A stretch of 64,000 bases of DNA from an uncultured Spirochaetota bacterium (GCA_963734495.1 CAVTHK010000011.1:762259-826258), one strand, 5' to 3'. Positions 1 through 11,145 are shown, counted from the stretch's first letter. Notes: generated by a model not told the origin, from the letters alone. A program made the numbers and translations.

Positions 1-489
1 GGCATCAAGGTCGATCTCGAAGGCCGCACCTCCATCCCGGGCCTGTACGCGGTCGGCGAGTGTTCCTGCACCGGGGTCCACGGCGCCAACCGCCTGGCCT
101 CCGTCTCGCTGCTCGAGGGGCTGTACTGGGGCGCGCGCATCGGGCTTCACGCGGTCCGCGGCGAGGTCGATCCCCGTCTCCAGGCCGCGACGCCCGACTG
201 GTTCTATCCGAAGGACGAAGAGGTGTTCGACCCGGTGCTCGTGAACCAGGATTTCCGCACGATCCAGTCCACGATGTGGAACTACGCGGGGATCATTCGC
301 ACCGCGAAGCGCCTTCAGAGGGCGCTCGCCGACCTGAACTACCTCACGCACCGCATCGAGCAGTTCTACCGGGAGGCGAAGCTCACGCGCGGCATCATCG
401 AGCTGCGCAACGGCGTCGTCGCCGCGGAGCTCATCGTGCAGGCGGCCCTGGCCAACCGGGTGTCGCGAGGCTGCCACTACATCGAGTAG
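1..489 (+). CDS. nadB: L-aspartate oxidase, C-terminal part (5' end outside window)
   Basis: Frame 1 reads GIKVDLEGRTSIPGLYAVGECSCTGVHGANRLASVSLLEG, followed by a C-terminal ELRN...SRGCHY. TAG at 487-489. Confidence 0.9.
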   Translation, partial: GIKVDLEGRTSIPGLYAVGECSCTGVHGANRLASVSLLEGLYWGARIGLHAVRGEVDPRLQAATPDWFYPKDEEVFDPVLVNQDFRTIQSTMWNYAGIIRTAKRLQRALADLNYLTHRIEQFYREAKLTRGIIELRNGVVAAELIVQAALANRVSRGCHYIE

Positions 490-1591
490 AGCGGCCCGTC
501 AGCCGCCGGCGGCCTCCGGGAGCGGCGACGCGGCCCAGCACGAACATCGTCGGGTACACGCCGCTGGTCTCGACGACGCGCGCGTGCAGGATGCGGAAAC
601 CGCCGAACTGCCGCACCACGCGGTTGAACGCGGCCCGCTGCTTGCCGACGAGGATCACCATGCGCCCCTCGGAGACGAGCACCTTCCACGCCGCCTCGAG
701 GAAGCGGATGTACAGCCCGTGAAAGTTCACGTTGCGGCCCATGCGGATGCCGTAGGGCGGGTCGGTGACGACCGCGTCGAACCAGCCGGGCGGGTAGGCG
801 TCCGCGAGGTCACGCGCGTCGAGGCACCGGACGGTCGCCCTCGCCTCCAGCCCCGCGGCGCGGAGGTTCTCGGCGGCGCCCGCCACCGCCTGCGGGTTGT
901 AGTCGGAGCCGTGGATCTCGAAGCCCGGGAGGACGTGGCCGGCCTCGAGCAGGATGTTGCCTGAGCCGCAGAACGGGTCGAGCACGCGGCCGCGCCGGCC
1001 GTGCAGGCCGCAGAGGGCGAGCATGGCGAAGGCCACCGTCGGACGCAGCGTGACGCGCGGCTGGTAGATCTTCTCGTACCGCTTGTCCATGCGCTCGTCG
1101 GTGAGCTGGATGCCCACCAGGCAGAGGCTCTCCACGACGTCGACGCGCACGTTGACTTCGAAGTCCCGCAGGTCCACCGGGACGCCGTAGCGTTCGAGGA
1201 GCACCGCGCCCGCGGCCCTCTGCACGTCCACGCTGCCGAACTCCTGCTCGCCCACGCGCACGGTCGTCACGCGGAAGCTGCGGGCGCCTTGGAGCTCCGG
1301 GATATCGACGCCGCGCAGGCGGAGAGCCAGCGCCTCGAGCGGCGACTGCTCCGGCAGCGTGAACCAGGCGCGATGCTCGATGACGTGGCCCACCGAGCGC
1401 ATCGCGCGCACGACGGCAAGGACGGGGTCGAGGGCGTGAGGCATCTCGACGAGCACGTTTCCGGCGAGGCCGAACGGCTTGCGCTCGCTGGCGAGCAGCT
1501 CGAGACCGGCGTCGCGCAGCAGGCCGCGCAGCTCGGTCTCCACGACGTCTTCGAGCCCGGGATTGGTGGTGAGTCGGAGGACGGTGCCCAC
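431..1591 (-). CDS. THUMP-domain class I SAM-dependent RNA (m2G) methyltransferase, Trm14/TrmN-like
   Basis: THUMP-like SFRVT...GSVDVQRAAG segment, LDPFCGSGNI SAM-binding motif and TDPPYG catalytic motif. Confidence 0.85.
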   Translation of the reverse strand: MGTVLRLTTNPGLEDVVETELRGLLRDAGLELLASERKPFGLAGNVLVEMPHALDPVLAVVRAMRSVGHVIEHRAWFTLPEQSPLEALALRLRGVDIPELQGARSFRVTTVRVGEQEFGSVDVQRAAGAVLLERYGVPVDLRDFEVNVRVDVVESLCLVGIQLTDERMDKRYEKIYQPRVTLRPTVAFAMLALCGLHGRRGRVLDPFCGSGNILLEAGHVLPGFEIHGSDYNPQAVAGAAENLRAAGLEARATVRCLDARDLADAYPPGWFDAVVTDPPYGIRMGRNVNFHGLYIRFLEAAWKVLVSEGRMVILVGKQRAAFNRVVRQFGGFRILHARVVETSGVYPTMFVLGRVAAPGGRRRLTGRSTRCSGSLATPGWPGPPAR

Positions 1592-1678
1592 TGCCCCCAG
1601 CCTAACCCATGTTGCGCGCGCTGAACATGGGCGGATCAGAGGTGAGGCCCAAGGGCCGCGCGCCGGAAAGGCGGCGCG

Positions 1679-2712
<1,034 letters not shown>

Positions 2713-2716
<4 letters not shown>

Positions 2717-3685
2717 GCGGCCCGCTCCGTGAGCCGGCTGACCGCGTCGGCGAGGATCGTGCGCTCGCGGACGTCCGGCAGCCGCTCGACGAGGCGCAGC
2801 GCGCGCTCGCTGTAGCGGCGGGCGACCTGCCTGGCGCGCTCGACCGCCCGGCTCTCGCGCAGGATCTGCAGGATGCGGCCGATCGAGCCGCCGTCGTCTT
2901 CCTGCTCGTCGAGCAGGCGCTCGAGCTCGGAGCGGGCGGGCGACGCGAGGGCGTAGACGACGGGCAGCGTGTACACTCCGTTGCGCAGGTCCTGGCCCAC
3001 GGGCTTGCCGATGCGCTCCGCGTCGCCGTCGACGTCGAGGATGTCGTCCACGATCTGGAACGACATGCCGAGGTAGCGCCCGACCCGCGCGAGCTGCTCG
3101 CAGAGCTCGGCGGAGCACCCGCTCTCCGTCGCCCCCAGCCGGAAGCAGGCGGAGAACAGGGCCGCGGTCTTGCCGTCTATCCTGCGGAAGTAGTCGCCCG
3201 GCTCCAGCGAGATTCCGTGCTCCGAGGCCACCTCGCGCACCTCGCCGGCGCAGATGCGCGACGCGGTGCGCGCGAACGTCTGCGCCGTCGGCAGGCTGGC
3301 GTGGGCGGCCATGGTGAAGAAGCTGCGCGCGAGCAGCCAGTCGCCCGCGAGCACCGCGTCCCGCGTGCCGAGGCGGCTGGCCACCGAGGGCTTCCCGCGC
3401 CGCAGCTCCGCGCCGTCGACGATGTCATCGTGCACCAGCGTGGCGATGTGGAAGAGCTCGACGCCCGCGGCGAGCTGGCAGAGGCGCTCCTCGTCGCAAC
3501 GGCCGAAACGGCCGCCGAGGATGACGAAGCCGGGGCGCAGGAGCTTGCCTCCGTCGTTGAGGAGCTCCTCGATCGCCGGCCCCCAGCGGGGCCGGCACGC
3601 CGCCCCCGCTTTCGCGCAGGATGGCCCGCGTTCGCGTGATCGCCGAGGAGAGGGGAGAATAGCCGTCCCAGAAGCTGCCGTTCAT
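2713..3685 (-). CDS. Polyprenyl diphosphate synthase (HepT/DmkB-like), one frameshift near 3590
   Basis: GGKLLRP, first Asp-rich motif LVHDDIVDGAELRRG, GKTA and second motif FQIVDDILD. The N-terminus MNGSFW is in a different frame. Confidence 0.88.
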
Positions 3686-3710
3686 CCCGCGGGCCGGGCG
3701 TCCGACGGCG

Positions 3711-5726
3711 TCAGTCGACGTACAGGTGCGTGCGACGGGCAATCTTCGTGTGGCTCCACCAGTGCTTGAGCCACGGCATCACCCAGTAGTCGAGGCTCAG
3801 GGTCCGTCCGGCTCCGCCCATAATGGCGATTGCCGCGAAAAAGTACCAGAGGATCTCCCAGCCCGCCATGGACGAGACCGTGAACATCACGCAGAGCACC
3901 AGCGACACGGCGGCGGCCGGAAACGTGAGCAGGCCGCCGATGAGCGCCAGCCCGATCGCCGTCTCCGCGAGCACGACCCCCGCCTGGAAGAGGTATGGGA
4001 AGAGGGTGATGATGTGGTCGGCGAACCAGGTGTAGATCCCGAGCGGCTTCGCCAGGATCGGAATGATCTGCGCCGCCGCCCCGGCGGCCGTCGCCGCTGC
4101 GGCGCCTGTAGCCGCGGTGACCGCGTCCGCGGCCGGCGCCGCGGCCTGGGCCGCGGCCCCCGTCGCCGCGCTGGTCGCCTCGGCGCCGCCGGCAGCGGCC
4201 GCGCCCGTGGCGGCCGACACCGCCGACGCCGCGATGATCTTGATGTTGGCGGGATCGAGCCACCCGCCGAGGATCTTGGTGACGCCTTCGATGAGCCACT
4301 TGGCGCCCACGAAGATGCGCAGGGGGAAGAGCCAGAAGGCCCCCGCCTTGGCCGCCGCCAGCCCCCCGATCAGGGAGCGGCGGTCCGGGATCTCGAAGAA
4401 CTGGTCGCGCACGTAGCTCCACACCGTGTTCAGGCCGCCCATGCCCCACAGGTAGTGGACGTTCACGAGGTGCTTCATGGCCATGGCGGGGAAGCCCCAC
4501 AGCGGGACGCCCGCCAGGTGCGCCACGGCGTACCGGCTGCCGATCGAGACCATGTGGCCGTGGTAGTTGCTTCGGAACTGCTTCTTCTCCTCGCCCGTCG
4601 TGTCCGCGATGATGTTGTGGACGGCGATCTCGGCAGACTGGATGGCGGTCTCGACGATCTGCGGGACCGGCTTGGTGTTCTTGAACTCCGTGTGGTTTTC
4701 CACGTAGTACATGTTGTCGCCGATGAGGTAGACGTTGTCGTAGTCCACGGACTGCATGAAGTCGTTGGCCAGCAGCCGTCCCCTCTTGCCGTTGACGTGC
4801 CGCGTCTCTATGGCGTAGCGGCTCACGTACTGGCACTCGCGCAGCCCGCAGCTCCCTTTGGCCTTCGCGATCTCGCAGTGGGGGTTGGTGCACCGGCCCT
4901 TGGTCAGGTCCAGGTTGGCCGCGAACTCGCTTCCCATCACTCCGCAGGTCCAGACCACGGTCTCGCTCTTGAGGACCTCGCCGTCGGCAAAGGCGACCTC
5001 GCCGGCCTTGCACTCGACGATGGCCTTGCGCAGCATGATCTCCGTGCCGTGGCGCTGCAGGTAGCGGGTGGCGCGGGCCTGCAGCTTCGGCGGCAGGATC
5101 GGCAGCACGCTCGGCAGCGCCTCGACGAGCAGGATGCGGACCTCCTGGCGCGGGATGCCGTACAGGCGGCACAGCTTGGCGCGCCACTCGATCAGCTCCC
5201 CGATCATCTCGACGCCCGTAAAGCCCGCCCCGGCCACGACGAACGTGAGCAGCGCGCGGCGCTTGTTCGGGTCGGTCTCCTTGGAGGCCCGGTGATAGAC
5301 CTCGCGGATGTGATCGCGGAGCCGGACCGCGTCCTCCATCGACCAGAGGGCGAAGGAGTGCTCGGCCACGCCCGGCAGGTTGAAGGTCTCGGGCTCGCCG
5401 CCCGAAGCGAGAACGAGGTAGTCGTAGGCGTACTCGTGCTCGGGAGAGCGCGCGATCCGCGACTCGAAATCGATCTTGTCGATGCGGTCGAGGACGACCC
5501 GGACCTTTCCGTTCGGGAAGAGGCTCTCGAAGGGCACGCGGACGGCGAAGGATTCGACCCGGCCCCCCGCCACTTCGTGCAGCTCCGTCATGAGCGTGTG
5601 GTACGGCTTCTTGTCGACCAGTGTGATCTCGAGCTCACCCTTCCTGCTGCGCTTCTCCAGCCTGTGCGCCGCTTCGACGCCCGCGTAACCACCGCCGATG
5701 ATCAAAACCCGTTTCGCGCAATCCAT
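3711..5726 (-). CDS. ndh: Type II NADH dehydrogenase with C-terminal DoxX-like membrane domain (Listeria Ndh2-type architecture)
   Basis: GGGYAG and GAGFTGVE nucleotide-binding motifs, IGDN. C-terminal hydrophobic helices FPLRIFVGAKWL...ETAIGLALIGGLLT...GAGRTLSLDY. GGAG RBS before ATG 5726. Confidence 0.88.
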   Translation of the reverse strand: MDCAKRVLIIGGGYAGVEAAHRLEKRSRKGELEITLVDKKPYHTLMTELHEVAGGRVESFAVRVPFESLFPNGKVRVVLDRIDKIDFESRIARSPEHEYAYDYLVLASGGEPETFNLPGVAEHSFALWSMEDAVRLRDHIREVYHRASKETDPNKRRALLTFVVAGAGFTGVEMIGELIEWRAKLCRLYGIPRQEVRILLVEALPSVLPILPPKLQARATRYLQRHGTEIMLRKAIVECKAGEVAFADGEVLKSETVVWTCGVMGSEFAANLDLTKGRCTNPHCEIAKAKGSCGLRECQYVSRYAIETRHVNGKRGRLLANDFMQSVDYDNVYLIGDNMYYVENHTEFKNTKPVPQIVETAIQSAEIAVHNIIADTTGEEKKQFRSNYHGHMVSIGSRYAVAHLAGVPLWGFPAMAMKHLVNVHYLWGMGGLNTVWSYVRDQFFEIPDRRSLIGGLAAAKAGAFWLFPLRIFVGAKWLIEGVTKILGGWLDPANIKIIAASAVSAATGAAAAGGAEATSAATGAAAQAAAPAADAVTAATGAAAATAAGAAAQIIPILAKPLGIYTWFADHIITLFPYLFQAGVVLAETAIGLALIGGLLTFPAAAVSLVLCVMFTVSSMAGWEILWYFFAAIAIMGGAGRTLSLDYWVMPWLKHWWSHTKIARRTHLYVD

Positions 5727-6027
5727 GTGTGTGCTCCCAAGGCGATCAGCCCGGCCCGCTCCGAATTTCATACGCCGTCGATCACCAAGAATTTCCGTTT
5801 GTCAATTCGATCTTCTTTGTCTTAGTGCCCGGAGGGCGAAGGAAGTCGGGCCCACTCTACGGGGGAGGGCCTTTGACTGTCAAGTAACTCGTGAATGCAG
5901 GAACGGTTTGGTCCGAAATCGACCTCGCGGCGGAGGCGATTGTCTGGTTTTCATGGATCACGGGGCGTCGGCAGCCCTTGCGCGGAGGTTCCGAGGTGCT
6001 TTGATCGACCCATTGAGAAGTATCATA

Positions 6028-6056
6028 TTGACGACTCGTTCACGATATCTTAGGCT
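6028..6056 (+). promoter_or_regulatory. Putative sigma70 promoter for rex overlapped by a degenerate Rex operator
   Basis: TTGACG-N17-TAGGCT. 6028-6045 TTGACGA-CTCG-TTCACGA resembles the Rex consensus TTGTGAA-N4-TTCACAA. Confidence 0.45.
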
Positions 6057-6208
6057 AGTGCAGCGTGCCGCCGGGCGGCCGCCTGCCGGGGACCTCGGCG
6101 CCTCGGGGGGCCCGGACGGGCCGATGCGGGCTGGTCGCCGCAGAAAGCGAGGCACGCGCTCCCCCGGCTGCGGGACGCGAGGCTCAGGCGCGCCCGAAGG
6201 CAGGTGCC

Positions 6209-6859
6209 GTGAGACCCAAGGAAAGCATTCCGGAACAGACGCTGCGGCGGATCCCTCACTACCACCAGATCCTCTCGGACCTCGAGGCGCAGGGGCGGCA
6301 ATTGATCTCCTCCAGTTATCTCTCGCGGTTCTTCCGCGTGCACGACACCCAGGTCCGCAAGGACGTATCCGTGATCGGCTATCGCGGAAGGCCCAAGGCG
6401 GGGTACTCGGTCTCCGGCCTCAGGCAGGCCATCGGCGATTTTCTGGGCATCAACCTGCAGAACACCGCGATCCTCATCGGAGCCGGCAAGCTCGGCAGCG
6501 CCCTCTGCGGCTATCCGGGGCTCGCCGAGTACGGCCTTCACATTGTCGGGGTCTTCGACAACGACCCGGCCAAGACGGGTCAGCGGGTGGCCGCCTTCGC
6601 CATCCAGGCCCTGGACGCGCTTCCCCAGTTTCTCTCCGGGCGAGGGGTGGGGATCGCGATCCTGACCGTGCCCAAGGAGGCGGCCCAGGGCGTCGCGGAC
6701 CTGACGATCAGCCTGGGGATCCGCGCCATCTGGAATTTCGCCCCTACGCAGCTCTCCGTGCCGCCGGAGGTGTCCGTCAGGCACGAAAACCTGGCCGTAG
6801 GGCTCGCCCTCCTCTCGCACGACCTCAAAAAGAGCCAGCAGCCCCCCCGCGAGGAGTGA
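6209..6859 (+). CDS. rex: Redox-sensing transcriptional repressor Rex
   Basis: IPEQTLRRIPHY, ISS, QVRKD, GY wing, GAGKLG NAD-binding motif, IWNFAP. Confidence 0.95.
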   Translation: MRPKESIPEQTLRRIPHYHQILSDLEAQGRQLISSSYLSRFFRVHDTQVRKDVSVIGYRGRPKAGYSVSGLRQAIGDFLGINLQNTAILIGAGKLGSALCGYPGLAEYGLHIVGVFDNDPAKTGQRVAAFAIQALDALPQFLSGRGVGIAILTVPKEAAQGVADLTISLGIRAIWNFAPTQLSVPPEVSVRHENLAVGLALLSHDLKKSQQPPREE

Positions 6860-6966
6860 CTGGGGGCGTCCCGGGTCTCCGTTCGTGGTCCGGCCGGGCC
6901 CTGGGGGCGTTCCCGGGCAGCCGTCGCAGTTTTTCGACTTTTTTGGCGGACGGCGGCCAAAATCTC

Positions 6967-7014
6967 TTGCGTTTCTTGTGGCCCACGGTATAATCTCCCT
7001 ACAAGATATAGTAG
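6967..7014 (+). promoter_or_regulatory. sigma70 promoter and NrdR box upstream of nrdR-nrdDG
   Basis: TTGCGT-N16-TATAAT (6967-6994), then CTACAAGATATAGTAG (6999-7014) matching the NrdR-box consensus acaCwAtATaTwGtgt. A possible degenerate second box lies near 6966-6981. Confidence 0.75.
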
Positions 7015-7106
7015 GTGCGGGGTTTGAGCAGGGAGTTGCGCCATGGGTGCCCCGGTAAGTCCGCGCCGCAAGTATGAGCAGCCTGCGAGGCCCGGTCCGC
7101 TGATCG

Positions 7107-7580
7107 ATGAGATGCCCGTACTGCCTTTTCGAGGAAACGAAGGTCATCGACTCGCGCGAAAGCTCTGACGCGATCCGCCGGCGGCGCGAATGCCTGCGCT
7201 GCGGAAGGCGGTTCACGACGTACGAGCGGGTCGAGCTTACGGGCATCTCGGTGATCAAGAAGGACGGCCGCCGGGAATCCTTCGACCGGGACAAGATCCT
7301 GGCGGGACTGCTCAAGGCGTGCGAGAAGCGGCCCATCGCGCGGGAGACGATCGAGAGGGTCGCCGACGAGATCAGCCTGGCTCTCATGCATACGGAGAGC
7401 AAGGAGGTGCCGAGCTCCGAGATCGGAAGACTGGTCATGGAGCGGCTCAAGGGCCTGGACAACGTGGCGTACATCCGGTTCGCCAGCGTCTACCGGGCCT
7501 TCGAGGACATTGCGTCGTTCGAGGCGGAGCTCGCCGAGCTCAAGCAGCGGCAGGCACTGGAAGGGGAGGGGAAACAGTGA
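7107..7580 (+). CDS. nrdR: Transcriptional repressor NrdR
   Basis: MRCPYC...VIDSR...IRRRREC..CGRRFTTYE zinc ribbon, ATP cone, VAYIRFASVY. Confidence 0.97.
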   Translation: MRCPYCLFEETKVIDSRESSDAIRRRRECLRCGRRFTTYERVELTGISVIKKDGRRESFDRDKILAGLLKACEKRPIARETIERVADEISLALMHTESKEVPSSEIGRLVMERLKGLDNVAYIRFASVYRAFEDIASFEAELAELKQRQALEGEGKQ

Positions 7581-9778
7581 AGCCGACGTTCGAAAGCATC
7601 CGAAAACGCGACGGGCGGGTCGTGCCGTTCGACACCGGGAAGATCACCCAGGCGATCTGGGAGGCGGCTCAAGCCGTCGGCGGCAAGGACCGCCGGCGGG
7701 CCGAGGCTCTCGCCGGCGAAGTGGTGAGGGCGCTCGGCCGCAGCTATGAGCCGGGCGGGGTGCCTGGTGTCGAGCACGTCCAGGACGTCGTGGAGAAGGT
7801 TCTCATCGAGGGCGGTCACGCGCAGACCGCCAAGGCGTACATCCTCTACAGGGAGCAGCACAAGAACCTCCGGGAGGTCAGCCGGCTCCTCCGCGACATC
7901 ACGATCGTGGACGACTACCTGGACGAGGCCGACTGGAGGGTGCGCGAGAACTCCAACATGACCTACTCGCTGCAGGGGCTGAACGTCCATATCACGCAGA
8001 AGGTGATCGCCAACTACTGGCTCGCCTCCATCTATTCGAAGGAGGTGCGAGAGGCGCACGAGTCGGGCGCCTTCCACATCCACGACCTGGGCACCCTCGG
8101 GCCGTACTGCGTCGGGTGGGACCTGCAGGACCTCCTGCGCGAGGGCTTCCGCGGGGTCAAGGGCAAGGTGGAGAGCCGCCCGGCCCGCCACTTCGACGTC
8201 GCCCTGATGCAGGTGGTCAACTTCCTCTACACGCTCCAGGGCGAAGCGGCGGGCGCGCAGGCGTTCTCCAGCTTCGACACTCTGCTCGCGCCGTTCGTCG
8301 CCAACGACGGCCTCTCCTACGAGGAGGTGCGGCACCTCGTCCAGAAGTTCCTCTACAACATGAACGTGCCGACCCGGGTCGGCTTCCAGACGCCGTTCAC
8401 CAACATCACCATGGACCTCGTGCCGCCCGCCAACCTGGCCGGCGAGGCCGCGATCGTCGGCGGCGAGCTGCGGGACCGCACCTACGGCGAGTTCCAGCGC
8501 GAGATGGACATGATCAACCGCGCCTTTGCCGAGACCATGTGCGCGGGGGACGCGAGCGGCCGGCCGTTCACCTTCCCCATTCCCACCTACAACATCACGC
8601 GCGAGTTCCAGTGGGACAACCCGAACCTCGAGCCGTTGTGGGAGATGACGGCGAAGTACGGGATCCCGTACTTCTCGAACTTCATCAACTCCGATCTCAA
8701 GCCGTGCGACGTGCGCAGCATGTGCTGCCGGCTGCGCCTGGACAACCGCACCCTCACCAGGAGGGGCGGCGGTCTGTTCGGCGCCAACCCGCTGACCGGC
8801 TCCATCGGGGTCGTGACCCTCAACCTTCCGCGCTACGCCTTTATGGCGTCCGGGAGCGTCGACGAGTTCCTGCAGATCGTCGGCGCGCACATGGACATCG
8901 CGCGCGACAGCCTCAAGGTCAAGAGGAAGGTCCTGGAGAAGTTCACCGACCGCGGCCTCTACCCCTACAGCATGTTCTACCTGCGCGGGGTCAAGGAGGG
9001 GACGGGGGAGTACTGGCGCAACCACTTCTCCACGATCGGGATCATCGGGATGAACGACGCGCTGCTGAACCTGATCGGCAAGGACATCGCGACGGACGAG
9101 GGCGTCGCTCTCGCCGTGCGCGCGCTCGACTTTATGCGCGAGCGCCTCGTCGCTTACCAGGAGGAGAGCGGCGAGATCTACAACCTCGAGGCCACGCCCG
9201 CCGAGGGCACCAGCTACCGGCTCGCGCGCATCGACGCGGCCCGCAACCCCGGGATGCTCATCTTCAACAAGACGCTCAACGGTCGCACGCGCGAGACGCC
9301 CTACTACACCAACAGCACGCAGCTCCCCGTCGGGCACACGGACGACATCTTCGAGGCCCTCAGGCTGCAGGACCCGCTGCAGACGCGATATACCGGCGGG
9401 ACGGTGCTGCACGGCTTTCTCGGCGAGCGGATGCCCAGTGTCGCGTCGACCAGGCAGCTCGTGCGCACCATCGCCGAGAACTTCCACCTGCCGTACTACA
9501 CGCTGACCCCCACCTTCAGCATCTGCCCGAACCACGGTTATGTAGCCGGGGAGAACCGCGAGTGCCCGACCTGCGGGGAGACCTGCGAGGTCTGGTCGCG
9601 CTCGGTCGGGTACCTCCGGCCGGTCGACCAGTGGAACGAGGGCAAGCAGGAAGAGTTCCGGGACAGGAGGACGTTCGACCGCCAGGTCCGCGAGGCGCGG
9701 GCGGCCGAGGAGGCGCAGGCCGGCGCGGCCGCCGGGACCCGGCGCGACGAGGCCCTTGCCGCGGGCACGCGCGGATAA
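7577..9778 (+). CDS. nrdD: Anaerobic (class III) ribonucleoside-triphosphate reductase with N-terminal ATP cone
   Basis: IRKRDGR ATP cone, RSMCCRL finger loop, EATPAEG, CPNHG...CPTC zinc site, WSRSVGYLRP glycyl-radical motif. GTG start overlaps the nrdR stop. Confidence 0.95.
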   Translation: MKPTFESIRKRDGRVVPFDTGKITQAIWEAAQAVGGKDRRRAEALAGEVVRALGRSYEPGGVPGVEHVQDVVEKVLIEGGHAQTAKAYILYREQHKNLREVSRLLRDITIVDDYLDEADWRVRENSNMTYSLQGLNVHITQKVIANYWLASIYSKEVREAHESGAFHIHDLGTLGPYCVGWDLQDLLREGFRGVKGKVESRPARHFDVALMQVVNFLYTLQGEAAGAQAFSSFDTLLAPFVANDGLSYEEVRHLVQKFLYNMNVPTRVGFQTPFTNITMDLVPPANLAGEAAIVGGELRDRTYGEFQREMDMINRAFAETMCAGDASGRPFTFPIPTYNITREFQWDNPNLEPLWEMTAKYGIPYFSNFINSDLKPCDVRSMCCRLRLDNRTLTRRGGGLFGANPLTGSIGVVTLNLPRYAFMASGSVDEFLQIVGAHMDIARDSLKVKRKVLEKFTDRGLYPYSMFYLRGVKEGTGEYWRNHFSTIGIIGMNDALLNLIGKDIATDEGVALAVRALDFMRERLVAYQEESGEIYNLEATPAEGTSYRLARIDAARNPGMLIFNKTLNGRTRETPYYTNSTQLPVGHTDDIFEALRLQDPLQTRYTGGTVLHGFLGERMPSVASTRQLVRTIAENFHLPYYTLTPTFSICPNHGYVAGENRECPTCGETCEVWSRSVGYLRPVDQWNEGKQEEFRDRRTFDRQVREARAAEEAQAGAAAGTRRDEALAAGTRG

Positions 9779-9793
9779 GGAGCGCGGCCGGAG

Positions 9794-10537
9794 GTGGTCT
9801 TTCGAGGCTGGCAGAAGACGTCGCTGATCGAGTATCCAGGCCGGGTGGCGACGGTTCTTTTCACGGGCGGCTGCACCCTGCGCTGCCCCTGGTGCTACAA
9901 CCCGGAGCTGGCTCTCGGGCGGGCCGGCGAAGGGGAGATCGAGGAGGAGGAAGTACTCGCCCGTCTTTCCGGCAGCCGGAAGCTGTACCAGGCCGTGGTC
10001 GTCACGGGAGGGGAGCCCTGCTTGAGCCCCGGCCTCGAAGACTTCCTGCGCAGGACCAGGGATCTCGGCCTGCTCGCCGGGCTCGAGACCAACGGCACGC
10101 GATCCGGCGTGCTGGCCCGCCTCTTGGAGCAGGGTCTGCTCGACTACGTCGCGCTCGACATCAAGGCGCCCCCCGACGCGGCTTCCTACGCCCGCGCCAC
10201 GGGAGCAGCTTCCGACGGCGTGGTCGAGCAGGTCTCCGCCTCGTTATCGTTGCTCATCGCCGCCGCCGTCGAGGCCGAGCTGCGCACGACCGTCGTGCCC
10301 GGGTTGCACGGACGGGAGGAGCTGCTCGCGATCGCGGCGTGGCTCTCGGCAGCCGGCTGGCCCGTCGGGGGCGCGGCACGCGCCGCCGGCGCGCCGCGCC
10401 GCCGCTGGGTGCTGCAGCCGTTCGTGCCGGGACGGACGCTCGACCCGAAGCTCGCCGCCGCGGCCCCCTGTCCGCGGGAGCTGCTGGAGGAGGTGGCGGC
10501 CGAGGTCGGGCCCGGCGTTGAGCTGCGGGGGGTCTGA
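9794..10537 (+). CDS. nrdG: Anaerobic RNR activating enzyme (radical SAM)
   Basis: CTLRCPWCYN radical SAM motif, TGGEP, ETNG, adjacent to nrdD. Confidence 0.92.
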   Translation: MVFRGWQKTSLIEYPGRVATVLFTGGCTLRCPWCYNPELALGRAGEGEIEEEEVLARLSGSRKLYQAVVVTGGEPCLSPGLEDFLRRTRDLGLLAGLETNGTRSGVLARLLEQGLLDYVALDIKAPPDAASYARATGAASDGVVEQVSASLSLLIAAAVEAELRTTVVPGLHGREELLAIAAWLSAAGWPVGGAARAAGAPRRRWVLQPFVPGRTLDPKLAAAAPCPRELLEEVAAEVGPGVELRGV

Positions 10538-11124
10538 TGGCTGTTCGCAAGGAGCGCGTCCGCTGTGCCTGGGTCGGCAGCGACCCGCTCATGATCGCCT
10601 ACCACGACAACGAATGGGGCCTGCCCCTGCACGACGACCGCCTTCTTTTCGAGTTCCTGATCCTCGACGGCGCGCAGGCCGGCCTCTCCTGGAGCACCAT
10701 CCTGCGCAAGCGCGAGGCGTACCGCCGCGCGTTCGACGGCTTCGACCCCGAGCGCGTGGCCCGCTACCGCGAGGCGCGGGTCGCGCGCCTGCTCGCGGAC
10801 GCCGGGATCGTGCGCAACCGCCTCAAGATCGAATCGGCGATCAGGAACGCGCGCGCCTTTCTCGCCGTGCGCGAGGAGCTCGGGAGCTTCGACCGCTACC
10901 TGTGGGGCTTCGTCGGCGGCAAGCCGGTGCAGAACCGCTTCGGGAAGATCGGGCAGATCCCCGCAACGAGCCCGCTCTCGGACCTCGTCTCGAAGGACCT
11001 CAAGAAGCGCGGGTTCACCTTCGTGGGCAGCACCATCGTCTATGCGTTCATGCAGGCCGCCGGCCTCGTCAACGACCACCTGGTCGGCTGCTTCCGTCAC
11101 GCCCAGGTCGCGAAGATGCGCTGA
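10537..11124 (+). CDS. tag: DNA-3-methyladenine glycosylase I
   Basis: RCAW...YHDNEWG, QAGLSW, IVRNRLKI, FMQAAGLVNDH...C. Confidence 0.95.
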   Translation: MAVRKERVRCAWVGSDPLMIAYHDNEWGLPLHDDRLLFEFLILDGAQAGLSWSTILRKREAYRRAFDGFDPERVARYREARVARLLADAGIVRNRLKIESAIRNARAFLAVREELGSFDRYLWGFVGGKPVQNRFGKIGQIPATSPLSDLVSKDLKKRGFTFVGSTIVYAFMQAAGLVNDHLVGCFRHAQVAKMR

Positions 11125-11145
11125 CAGGAGGCGGCACCCGGGAGG

